A stretch of 64,000 nt of DNA. Source: Aplysia californica. Its lineage: Eukaryota. The stretch covers positions 235,069 through 299,068 of the forward strand of contig NW_004797484.1 of NCBI RefSeq assembly GCF_000002075.1, read 5' to 3'. This document shows, piece after piece, positions 49,102 to 61,400 of this stretch. Below the pieces are notes generated by a model, which worked only from the letters and a program-made list of their open reading frames with translations, had not been told where the DNA came from and ran no database searches. How positions within the stretch are numbered: the first letter of the stretch is position 1; every line of letters begins with the position of its first letter. A program made the translations under genes and the position numbers.

Positions 49102-49935
49102 TTGTACTGTAATATAGTATTCGTAGATACATGAAGTTAAGAGAGGTGATTTTATGTCTAATTTCCTCTCCTTAAGCTTGTTTTTTTATCTTTTCTTTGA
49201 GAAGATATTTATTGATTTCTACGCTCTGACATATGTGCCCATCGACTGAGATTTTAGGGGTTTTTTTTTTTTTTTTTTTTTTTGTGTGAATTTTTTTTTA
49301 CCCCAAATTCTCAGCTTCATCTTCTTTGTTGTGAGTTGTTGGAGTAACTTGTATAGGGTAATAATGTACTGGTGAAATATGACCTGTGGTGGGTTGTTGT
49401 TTTTTCTTGCATTTTTACGTCTTTGCCCATATCGCACGTACGTGTACATTCTTGAGAAAAAAAAGTCTTAAGACTTAATAGAAAGTGATGGTATCATGCA
49501 CATTTTTCATCGTTTTTGAAAGATAGTTTTTTTCTGTAATTGTGTTATCCGTGGTTTGAGATTTTTATATAACATGTATGTGGCTTATAACCCTTTCGCA
49601 CTTAGCAGGCTTGGCCAGCTGTGGGGCGCCCCCCCCCCACCCCGCCCCCCAATCCTTAAGAGAAGGACAATAACTCCGTAAAAATTGGAGGGGTACCTTT
49701 CTAGTGTAAAATCACACACGCGGGTATGGTTGTAAAAAAAAAATCGCATAAAATCGTAAAAACAAACCACAACAAAAGCAAGGACAGTCTCAGAAGGAAA
49801 ATCGAGAATAGTATACAAAAATAATTAAGTGAGAGCAAAAAAAGAAAATAAAACAAGAGCTTCTTGAGTGGACATTGAGGCATGTATTTTTTCAACTCGC
49901 GAGGTAGTCCACACAACAGAAATGCAACTCATTCA

Positions 49936-52398
49936 CTAAGATTGAAGCTTAGCAAGCCTCTGGTGTAAACTTGCAAAGCACTTCCCTTTACATAACCGGC
50001 TTTTGCAAATAAGGCACCCATAACACGTTTCAGGTGGCCGACCTTTGGGTGTTTTTACTTTGTTTCTGCTGCCCTCATAGCAGACAGCTTCGCGGCCGTG
50101 CATCCTGGAGATCTGATGGTCAGAGCTCAGCGACGATCCGAGCCCAGCTGTTGAGTGGTTCGCTTCCCCTGCTGATGTTGCCAGCGACAAGCGACGATAC
50201 GACAGGCGGAAGCGAAGCTGGCTGAACGGGTGCTGATTTCCAGGCAAGGGGCGGTTGGCGGCTTTGAAAAGTATTGACGCATTGGCCAGGGACATCTGAA
50301 CAACGAACCAGAGCACATACCTCCACCACTTCACACTCTTGCGGCCGACAGCGTAATAAGACCGCAGCTGATCAGAAAGATCCACCCCGAACATGTATCG
50401 GTAGTAAAATAAGATGGCATCTGGCTTCATCATGGGCTCTGGTCCATTCTTGCCCCGACGCATCACCATGCTGACACCTGGAGTGACATTAGTCGACAGC
50501 ACACTCACCTTATGCGTGTCAACCCGCTAGATTGTCCCCTTTTGTCATCATTTTCAGGTTCTCCTTGTCCTTTTTCATGCCCTTCGTCGGCCTATCTTTT
50601 AGAGGTGCAGGAGTGGGTGGTTGGCGGGTGCTCTGGTGTGGCTTGCTCCTTCTTTCCTCTTAAACATCTGTCGTCCTTATCTCTCCTCCTTTTTTACGTT
50701 TGTTGTTACTCTCCTGTAACACCTCTAATCTTCGGCACTTATATGACCTTATTGTGTTGCAAGTGCCGTAAAACTCTTTACTAAACTAAAAGAAAAAAGA
50801 AAAAAAGAGGTGCAGGCCAACCCTTTCTGTTGGTAGGGATTGTGCTGGGCAGAAGAAGGTCCTCGGATAGTTGCACACTGGAGAAAAAGTTGTCATAGAA
50901 AAAATGACACTACTTATCCAGGAGTCGGTTGCCGGTCGTCATGACCCCGTGATGGCCAAGACCGTGAGCGACTGGCTACTCTGATTCGGCGGTGTACACA
51001 TTGAAATCCAACGTGTACCCGGTCTCTGGATCTGCAATACACCACACCTTTATTCCCCACGGGGCGGGTTTTCCTTGCATATACTGCTTCATGTGCAGTC
51101 GACCGTCGAACCCAATCATCGCCTCATCAATGCTGAGGCACTTTCCAGGTACGTAGTGTTCTTTGATGCTGCGGAAAGGACAGAAAACATTTATTACTAA
51201 AAATTATTCAGGAAGTTATTTTACCTGTAATTTTTTGTTATGAAAATATAAATGAAATACACTGCTTTCTGTTTTCTAATGTAAAATCTCATTGCGACAT
51301 CACGTACACTGGAATTCTAAACTTACAAAAGTAAATGTTGACGTGAAGAAATATTATTCACATTTCTTTCTTTCCCCAAACTATAACAAAATGTTTTTCA
51401 AAATTCATAAAGACATTTTTTTATAGTGTGTGATTATACAGACTGGATGCTATGAGTTAGGATCATATAAACTGGACATAAATAATGCTGTAGGCTTTAC
51501 AAGTGTTATAAAGATATTATTTACTGCACCTCATTTTCCTCAAAGTGAACCACTGCGCTCGCACTCATATGACCTAAGCAGTTGCGATCGCAGCAAAACT
51601 CATACCATACCAAAACCCTGAAATTTTATCTTCCACTTACTTGTTTGTGAAGGCTTCAATGGCGGGTCGCACCTTGTAAAGGAGATCGTAGTTCTCTTCG
51701 CCTCTTGGGATCTGTTATGAGGAGTCATTGAGATGCAGGTACTGGCAGATCTTCTCATGTCGACTCTTTCCCATTGTGTCAGCAATGCCAGGAACGCACA
51801 GTCTGTTGTCCTCACACCAGTACATCACGTACTGGGGCAAGTCTTGGATCCCCATCAAGATCACATGTTTGCAATGAAAACTTTCATGCCTTTGACATCC
51901 ACCTCTTTCCAGCCGGTGTCCTTCTTCCTTTTTTGCTCTTGCTGCTGCTTAGCATACAGATTAGTTTCGTGAACAATGCGTTCGAACAAAGACTCAGGGA
52001 AGAACAAAGAAAGAAAAAAATCATGAGGTGGGGCATCGAATAGCAGGTCGTGTTGCTGAATATCAGCGTCTGCATATGGCCTCACTTTGACAGGTTGAGC
52101 CGGAAAAGTTGGAGGCAGTGGTATTCAGTCATCAGGGTCTTGTGTGGTGTTGTTGCCTGTGTTTGTTGTGTCACCGCCTGCGTTGACATTCTCAGTCTCC
52201 TCGGTCCCAGTCGCCATCTTCCCCTCCATCATTGTCATCATTCTCCACCACAATATCTAAGTCTACGTCGGATTCGTTGTCATTTGAAGCAGCATTCTGA
52301 ATACCTGTAACCCCTGATGTATTTACATCCAGTCCATATAGGTCACCATCGTAAATAGTGCCAGTGGCCTGGCGAAACAAACTCAAAACTTCGTCCAT
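49936..52398 (-). pseudogene. piggyBac transposase pseudogene with intron at 51169-51640
   Basis: ORF fragments 52192-52398, 51861-52085, 50850-51168, 49936-50508. Confidence 0.88.
50612..50805 (+). mobile_element. short retroposon family R (~190 bp) inserted in piggyBac 1
   Basis: 11-bp TSD agaggtgcagg, A-rich tail; other copies near 30993, 31388, 35533, 37728, 43455, 47076/47152, 47657, 63300. Confidence 0.88.
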
Positions 52399-54239
52399 CG
52401 CTGAGCACAGCTGAGTTGAAAGTTAGTGGTGTGTTTACAGCTGAAAACCAGCTGCAACTTTTGTTCCTGCTCAAAAAGTGACTCTTTGTGCTAGCGAAAC
52501 AAGAAAAACACCATGGTAAATGGGAACTCTTCCTCTCTAAAGATAACTAAGTGAAATTTCCATTCGTAGTAAAAGTAGAAGCCTCCCGCGGCAACGAAAC
52601 AAGCACCTCCGTGGCGGGCGCTATAGGGATGAGCGGGGGTCACCGGCGCGGGCGCATTCGGGCGCTGTAAGTGCGAAACGGTTAAATATGAAAACTGTTC
52701 TCTAAACCTGGGTTCAGTTAAAATTCTGCCCTTAGGTATGTCATTCAAGTACGGTGTTTCTTGAGCTGTTTCTTACACCTCCAAATGTAACCCTTTTTGT
52801 GGAAATAAATTGTTACCCTCTACTTATTCTAATGCCTAAGTTGAGTCACGTCACAAGGCTGTGTTGCTTTCAAAGTTGAAAATGGATGGGTAAAAAAGTA
52901 GTCATGGTGATATGTGGTTTTTATCAAATAGACATGAAAACTTTCCTTGGTTTTCATGTCTTTAAAGTTTTCATGTTTAGTGTCTTAGTTTGGAATCTTC
53001 TAAAATCTTATTGTAAAAGACTTTCCAAGTCATCCAATGAGGAGTTAAGGTCATTCATGTTTCAAATTTAAAAAACCCTAGAACCTGTCCTACGATACCC
53101 ACCCATTGTTGACGAGAAAAATAGTCATCATAGCTAGATGGTCCTCCTGGGCAGTGTTATTTTGGTATACAAAAAATACAAGGTAGGAAGCAGTCATTTG
53201 TACAAGTGATTGTCTTGGACTGATAGTTGTAAGGGCAAATTCGACTGTGCTTGAATATGGAAAGCTGACCGTGCTGTTTTAATATACTGGATCATACATT
53301 TCAGGAATAAATTTGTTCCTGTCTGTAAAGACTTGATTAATCTCCTTGAATTGTTTCTTCAATTCTGACAGTTGAATGGTTGAAATGCAGTTGGTGTTGT
53401 TACCTAGGAATCTGAGCAGTTGACAGACTTGCCTTACTCCTGCGTTTGTGTTTCTCTACCGATGTTTGTTGCCAGTAAATATATCCTTGTTACTCTTGGA
53501 AAGTTCAGCAAAACTGTGGTGCCTGTTTCTAGACGAACCTGTGATGTGATGTCACTGGACTATTGTGTTGTTTGCAGGACTGAAGAAATAGTTCCTGTGC
53601 ATGTCTGTAATGTTGTAATAATTATTTTATCCTTAATTGTGGGGTCAGAAAGGAAATTGCAGACTTAAACTTCTGCTGTTTTGTAGGGAGAGGTCTTTAT
53701 TTAAGTTTGTTGCGGTCATTTGTGTTTGATACCATAATTTGAATGTATGATACAAATTGATGCCATAAAGTTTTGATGTGACTGCGCACTTTATTCAGTT
53801 GGTTTTTTTCCTCATATGTGTGTCTTGCTGAGGTGTGTCATTGCAGGTTCTGTTCATCAAGTCCCAACGGTTAGATTGGAACTGGCCAAAAGTTTTTGAT
53901 TTCTCCTTTTCCCTGTTTGTTCTCAGGATCTTCAAGCACCTGTGTCAAACTTTTGGCGGTTTTGGGTTTTTTTTGGTTTTTTTGTTTCAAACATTTTCAT
54001 ATTACAACCTTCTGCTACTGTTGGAAGTAATTGAGGGGGGTGGGGGGGTCTTTGTAAACTTTGTTGTTGTTATTGATTGAGCAGCGTGACAACGGCAACT
54101 TTCTGTGCACAAAGAATTCTTCATGAACGAGGATATCATCAGGCCATCAATTACTATTGCCTCTAGCTTCCAAGTTTGAAAAGATTCTGCCATAATACGG
54201 TTATTTGCAAAACAGTCCTCACTCAGACTTGTGTGCTTT

Positions 54240-54340
54240 TGAGTCTAGTGGATAAAGACTTTGGTACTCTCTGAGTCTAGTGGATAAAGACTTGGGTACT
54301 CTCTGAGTCTAGTGGATAAAGACTTGGGTACTCTTTGAGT
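54240..54340. repeat. 32-bp tandem repeat x3
   Basis: tgagtctagtggataaagacttkggtactctc. Confidence 0.85.
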
Positions 54341-55567
54341 CAAGTTGATATTAACCTGTTCCAAGTCGGCGTCTAGCGAGACTTTACCCACTTTGGTCAT
54401 GAATGTAGCTAGTGCAAGTCATTAGTTCTGTCATATTTTATTTTCATTTCTGCATATGATTAGTGGGCAGGCACTCTGGTGGGGTTTGCTCCCTCTGTTT
54501 ACTTTTCCAGTGATTTGAATATTCTTTCTATTGTCTTAATCTATTTTGGTCCAGTGCAAATGTTGCTTGCCACACTCATTTGCTATCCACTTACTTATCG
54601 CCCGGTATCAAATGCTTGTTATTTGAATCTAGAAATCTGTGTATTACATAATTTTTTGTTTAAGGGCTGTGCTGCTGTCTTTGTTTCAGTTTGATGTCAT
54701 TCCTATATCGTGTATCTTCATAGAATACGAATACGCTATGTATGGGTTATCTACTGTCCATGAACTGCTGGCAATATTTACTGCTAGCGTCTCACTTGTT
54801 CCTCGTTCTGTCTTTGTTACCCTCGACTCGTGTGGAGGATGCCAAGATTTGCTGTTGATGGAATTTTCAAATGTTTTATGCTTTTGTTAAACATAAGCTC
54901 CTCAAGAATTGTTGTCTCTCATTTTTCATGTTGTTTCATCAATTTTTAGTGTTCCTAAGATGCAGTAAAATTCCTGTGTTACATAGAGCGAATAGCTAGA
55001 CCTAGGCCACAGCAGTGAATTTTTACTTCCCTATATATGTCACAACAAAAATCCCTGCTTTAATCATATCTTGTTTACTTCTTTATCGCTAACGCTCTTT
55101 GATATTGTAATTATGTCTGCAGAATGTCATCCGTATCTCATTTGCAAATATTTTTGTTGAAAGAACATGCGCAGCACGGCACAACGTGTTACTGCTTTTG
55201 TAGATCTGGTTACATTGTGGTTAATACAATTTTAAGCAATTGCAATTTAAACCTGCAGCTTATTGTCCGCTGGCTGTTTAAATGTACTAGGCCCAAAAAG
55301 AAAATCGTTGATAAATAAATGCCAACAATCTTTGTGACTTGACAAGGACTTTAATGATCCAGCTCATACATGTAGTCTTGTCGCTACTGAATGAGATTCC
55401 TCTATGCCCCCCCCCCCCCCCCCCCCCCAAGTCTTTGGAATGGAACAGAAAAGACTGATGTAATGTCAAGAAATACTGGTGATATAACAAGGAACATAAC
55501 GAGAGATAGGAAAAATGGTAATGTCTACTTGGACCTATGAAAAGAAACTAAGAGAGCAAATGATTGA

Positions 55568-56145
55568 TCAATGAGTGTCAGAATCAGACTTGGATTTAGA
55601 GTCAATTGGCGGGGGGCTCTGTCTGGCCAATAGTCTTGCTGATCGGCGAGGGCTGCCTGGAGGTGTGCTCACACTTATAGGAACATCTTGCTCTTGTAGG
55701 CCTGGGGCGTTGTGTGGCTGGAGCGCACGTAGATCACGCAGGGTGGCTTGAGCCTGTGGTTGTAGGACCACCGTCTCAACAGCAGGGCGTGGATCAGGTG
55801 CTGATTCTTGCCCGGATTCGGGGACAGTAGGCATCGATGGATCGTGTGCTGGGGGGTCCTGAACGCCAGCTGGTTGGGGTAGATCCGGGCAAGGGGAGGG
55901 CGGCGAGGTCACGCTGAGCTTGGCATGCTCAGGGGTATGACTATTCTGAGGCGCTGGCAGTGGTGGTGAGGTGCCACCCGGGATCATCGTCAGTGATGAG
56001 CACGGGACCACAGGCATATACTTGCGGAGGAACTTTCTGTTGCTAAGGGTGACGCGGCCAGAGCCATCCACTCGGACGACGTACTGGTCGAATTGACGTA
56101 CTTCCACCGCAATGCCCGTCTTGTCCCATTTGGTCGGGTGGGCTC
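55568..56145 (-). mobile_element. Gypsy-type LTR retrotransposon pol C-terminal fragment
   Basis: KWDKTGIAVEVRQFDQYVVRVDGSGRVTLSNRKFLR followed by Pro-rich tail with RRSAR, typical of Gypsy integrase C-termini. Confidence 0.7.
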
Positions 56146-56358
56146 CAGTTTGGTTCTGTATGTGCCATCATTCGTATCTGTCCATTATTATTCTTTCCCT
56201 TATTTGTCAATCATATTCATCCGCTTTATTTCTTTTTTGTTTCTGTCCCAGTCTGACGTATGTCTTCATAAATAAATGCCAACACTCTTTGTGACTTGAC
56301 AAAGACTTTAATGATCAAACACATACATGTAGTCTTGTCGCTACTGAATGATATTCCT

Positions 56359-58491
56359 CTAGTTGACAATAATGCCAAGCTTGTCTGCAACAGCTCGCCG
56401 ACTTCTGACAGGTGTGGCTCCCTGGCTGCTCACTATGACACAGAACTTCTTGGCTTTCTTGTCACGAAACGCCACAGCGGGGTACTTGTTATCCTGTTCC
56501 ATGTACCACCGCATCTCTTGGTGGGCCAGCTGTAGCGACTTCAACTCCGATGAAAAATTCTTCCGTCTTATGACATGTTAACGGTCCCAGTGTAGTAGTG
56601 CGACTTTTTGGACAAGAACTTTAGCAGGGGGGCCGACGTGTAAAAGCGATCACCAAAACTGTTGTGAGCTTTGTGCAGTGGAAAAATCAGCTTCTGAAAT
56701 ACCTTCTCCGCTTGTGTGCTGTCTGCATCGAGCTGTGGGTTGTAGGCTGTCTGTCCTCCGTAGTAGGTGAAAACGTCATATAAATATCCTGTTGCACTGT
56801 GGCATAACCTGAAAGTTTTGATGTGATACTTCGATGGCTTTGCACAGTTGAATTGTTTGTATTTTTCCACCTGCCTTTGAAGCCGATCACCATTTCATCT
56901 ATTGATACGTTTTCCTGTAGATAAAAAGCGCTTTGGAAAGATTCCATCAGTTTATCCAGGAACGGCTCCACTTTATCCTGGCTCTCGGCTTACACTCCAT
57001 CTGCGTGCAATAATGTATGGAAAAGCACTTCAAAATGCACCTTTGACATTGTTTGTCCATACCAGGGTGTCTTTTTGTGAGGCAGCTTGGTGCACCAGCA
57101 GCTTTTGATGAAGTCCCTGGGATCATTCCGATAGCAATGAGAATTGCCAAGAATATAGAATTCTGATCTGGTCAGCGGGTCAAATTTGGTGAAAATCAAA
57201 TGCTTTTTTGCAGGCGTGGTCTTTTCAGTCAAGGTTCTGCCACACTCATTTATATTGTTCAGCAATTTATCGACTATTTGGGGGGGGGGGGGAGCTAGCA
57301 GACAGTCTAATTGCATGGAATTCTTTGTTACCTTTGCCTGGTTCACTCCTGTGGCAGTGGCGTCGATGGCCTAGTGGTTAGGCTACCAGACTCGTAATCG
57401 TGAGATTGCGGGTTTTGGGGTTCGAGCCTCAGCGCGGTCTGACGTTGTGTCCTTGGGAAAGACACTTTACACGAACTTCCCTCTTGGCTGGGTCCTATCG
57501 GAGACGGACGTTAAATTAGGAGGTCCCGCCCCTTAAATAACCTAATAGTGTTGATAGGGGCGTTAAACCCTTACCATTTGACTCCTGTGGCGTTCTGATA
57601 AAGGAACCTGTGGTTTTCCTGCGTCCGACCTTCTGTCACCTCTGACCACTATATAGTTTCTTGAGCCTGGGTAGGGGTCTAGCAGCAGCAGGTCTTGGTG
57701 GTCTGACTTCATTTCCATCATTACCACTCTTCTCTCATTATCCTCTCCAACTCCAACTCACCCCACTGCAAGCCTAGATCTATCCATAGGCCCATCCCTC
57801 ATGCCCCCAACAGCTGACAAGCCACGCCCACTTTCCCCGTCGTCGTCGCCACTAGAAGAAGAATCATAGTCTTCTGCACCACTCTCACCACTGCTATCGC
57901 TAAAATGCACAGGACTAGCATCTTCAGCTTCATGAGTCCGTTCTTCAAGCCTTTCTACGGCCTTTTCAGCACAAAATCGTTTCGGAGGACGAATACCGGA
58001 AGGTCCTGGGTCCATTATTCTGTCCCCGTCGTTTTATTCTAGAAAAATTCTGAAATTATGCGAACTGAACCCAAAAATGTGAAATTATGCGATTCTGTTG
58101 ATTTTAACAAAGAATGATAAGGGAAAATAATCAGAAATAATGCAAAAAAATGATCAAATTTAGCTAAATTATGCGGGGTGCATCAAACCACGAGGACAGC
58201 ATTACGAACCTGTCACAATACTAGATCTAGTGTTTACCACTGGAATTCGCAGATCGAAGTAAACAAGAATCTCTCCTGCATTCAAATTGCGCTCTTTCTT
58301 GCTATCCCATTGAAAAGACAAAGGAAAACATTGCCGACCTTCATTTCCGTTTGCCAAATTGACATTAGCCAGGATTTCTCTGAGTAGGCCGGCCGAATTT
58401 GAAGCCCAAATTCCGGGCCGCGAAACGCGGTTTGTGGTCCAAAATAAAGAGTGGCTTGAGCCACGAAACACGGTTCGTGGTAGTCAAAGAG
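56359..58491 (-). mobile_element. second, distinct piggyBac-like element, truncated at the transposase 3' end
   Basis: Acidic N-terminus 57758-58015, VSIDEMVIGFKGRW, KPSKYHIKTF, GDRFYTS; terminus gtagtcaaagag|ttta at 58491 with repeated palindromic subterminal motif ccacgaaacacggttcgtgg; other TIR not found. Confidence 0.82.
57356..57580 (+). mobile_element. SINE with family-B head and a different tail, inserted in piggyBac 2
   Basis: 11-bp TSD actcctgtggc; tail ataacctaatagtgttgataggggcgttaaaccc also seen inverted at 60502-60555. Confidence 0.85.
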
Positions 58492-61400
58492 TTTATAATT
58501 ATTGTACCTACATCATGTACTTTACTTTTAACAGTTGAATTTCAACAAAATATTTCTTGAGTATATGCAACCAATTCCATAGATTAAGATACCACAATAA
58601 TTTTCTTTTTCTGATTTTCAAAATGTTGGGCTTCATACATTTTAACAGCTGGTCGGGATAATGGGGTTTTTTTTATGTCCTTTTTTCTTGGCTCACAAAT
58701 TCATGCTTTTTTGCTGTGCTTGTTCTATAAGTTTCTGCTTTGGCCAGTTGTACGTGACGGTACCCTGGACTCTGTTTTTTTTTAATATTTTTTGGCTTTA
58801 CAAAATAATTTTTGGACATTTGTGGAGGGTGAAATTCCTTGTACATTCCTCATCCTTGCCTCATCATACTGTATCCTTGCCTCATGGGCCTGTTTTCCTC
58901 CCCTCATCCTTGCCTCATACTGGTTTGGTCCCCTCAGTCTCAGTGATTGTAGAAAAGTATATGTGCAGTTCAGTTCTTGCTCCTCTTCATTCCCTCGCAG
59001 AGAAAATTGAGTGACTTAAATGAAGAAATGACCTCAAGTTCTTTGATTCAAGATTTACAAACACACACAAAAAAAAGAAAAATTGTTTTGTAACTTTGGA
59101 AAGTGTTTGCTAATTAGTTAGCCCAGTATGTGAATCCGGCATTGATATAGGCCTATTTCCACTTATTCTTTCTTACTGGGCCCGTTTCTCAAACTTGTAG
59201 AATGTATGCATGCTTGAAATCTGTGGTGGCAATTTTGCAGTACTGAAGAAAACAGTCTCCATAGCTCTCATCTCTCTCATGTGTGTGATTTATTATAGTT
59301 TGCAGCGCTGAAGTACACAGTCCCCATAACTCTGTTCTCTCTCACTGTGTGCTTTTTTGAGAGTTGCACACTACACGCTAGCACACACCCTTCATGAAGT
59401 AGGTCATAATATTACTTCTAACTACCCTGTTGTTCAACTTTAGGCTACTGTTTGGTTGAATAGAAACGTTGTGAAGGTAATATTTTTTTTTTGGGGGGGG
59501 GGGGGTAAAAAAAATAGTCATTCAATTAATTCATTAATTGTATAGTGTATGCCAGCCTTCTTTTCCACAGGCTGAGGAAATGTGACCGTTTTGCTGTTGA
59601 CTTGTTAGTTGTACACTCCCACCGAATCTCTTTACTGTTCTGCTTAGAAATTGTCTGTTTTTAAATAAGATTACCGTACTCTGAATGAAGCATTGGGGTA
59701 CATTCACAGAAGAGCACATCGCCTGAGAAAATGACTTAATATTTCAAGTGTGACTCAAGATGTCAGTATGAGCGATATTGATTTAGAAATACTATTCTTC
59801 ATTTTTGGGGAAAAATCCGAAGTACTGGTCTGAGACCTGGGGACCTTTTGGTCAAGTCCTTCTAAACATGATTGTTGAATGAGAGCTGGAGAAGTTATGT
59901 AGCCCTACCTACCCTTTTGAGGGTTTTTTTCGGGCGGGGGGGTAGATTCAAATTGAAAGCTGATTTCCTTAGTTTAGGGCAAGGTATGTATTTGAGAAAG
60001 GCTGGCTGCTGCAGAAAATGAGACGGAAACAGGGACTTGTTCACTTATATTGGTATTGTGTGCTTGTTCCATCCCCAACTCTTGGCTTAGCAGTAGATGT
60101 ATTATTACATAGTCATAGTCATAGTGTGACTTTGATTTAGATTTAGCAATGTACCAGAAATAGTTCTCATTTTGCATATATGCCAAACTTTGATTTAGAT
60201 TTAGTGATGTACCAGAAATGGTATTCTTTTTGTGTATGCCACGCTGGTGTTCATTTGGGCTTCTCAGATAAGTTGGTCAGTCTCTCTGTTTTTGTTTTTG
60301 GTGCAGTAAGTGTTTTAGCGGTGCTCGCAACTGCATAAAGTCATAGTCGTATTTATGAGCGCTTTGGTCGACCTGAAGAGAATGTGTTAGTTTTTGGTGC
60401 TCATATATATCTAAGACTCAACAGAATACCTCTCCTAGCTTGACATCGTTACTGCTGTAGTGTTGACCTGTGGTCTGTACTATTTCATTCGTAAATTTAA
60501 GTGTTTGGGTTCAACGACCCGATCAACACTGTTAGGTTATTCAAGAGGCAGGACCTTCGAATATAATGTCCATCTCCGATAGGACTGAGCCAAATGGGTT
60601 CAGAGACTTGAAACTCACTCCACGAAATGATCAGTTTAAGAATGCCTGGTGTGGGACTCGAATTAGGGCGGTCTGCTCAGTTGTCCATCATGATGATACC
60701 GTCTGAGCTTACTATTTCTCTTGTGACTCCTTCACTTCCAGTTGGTGACTGTGGGCTCTCTCGGCCTTGGGTGTCCTGGCATGTTTGTTTTGTTGTTAAG
60801 TAGTAGTACAACTATAGTATAATGTAGCTACTTTTTAAACTACTGCAGCATGGCAAAATTAACTGTTCTATGATTCACAAAATATTCTGTGTTTGCACTT
60901 GTGATTCGGCCAAAAGCGGGCTATTTGGCACAGCTCATAAAGCCTTTTTGCATTTGACAGATTTTCAATTTATGAAATTGGCACGAATGTGTACTTAGTA
61001 TCCACTATGTTGAATTGAATTGATGAGGGCATCAGAAATTTGATCTTTTATGCTCCTCTTCATGCCAAACAAAGGTTTCTCTCTGGGTGTTATCATTTTG
61101 TTTCTCCGTGCACAAACAACTGTTAGTGCCTCTATCTATCATGATGTTAACTCTTTAATAACGAATATTAGGTGTGAGAAACTAGTACTAGATCTAGTAC
61201 AGGATATATACAGTCAGGTATGGATAAGTCAAACACGTCTGGGGTTGACAAATGTGTACTCATCCATATATTCATTCAGGTTATGTCATATATTAAAAGT
61301 ATATCAGTTGGGGAATGGCTTAGCAGCATATGAGGTGTATGCGTAATTTCAGGTTTTCCATGTTGGTTTTATCTGTGCCCAACTACATAGGTTTTTTCCA

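Larger units (their letters stand above)
49591..52681 (-). mobile_element. piggyBac-like DNA transposon, full length but decayed
   Basis: TIRs ccctttcgcactta / taagtgcgaaacgg flanked by ATAA and TTAA; transposase motifs on -: FFPESLFERIVHETNLYA, LSIDEAMIGFDGR, DNFFSS, MFGVDLSDQLRSYY, C-terminal Cys-rich domain; stops and frameshifts. Confidence 0.92.

Noticed and set aside
49936-50508. 190-aa ORF as a domesticated PGBD gene
   Set aside because: Part of a TIR-bounded element with upstream stops, deletions and a retroposon insertion
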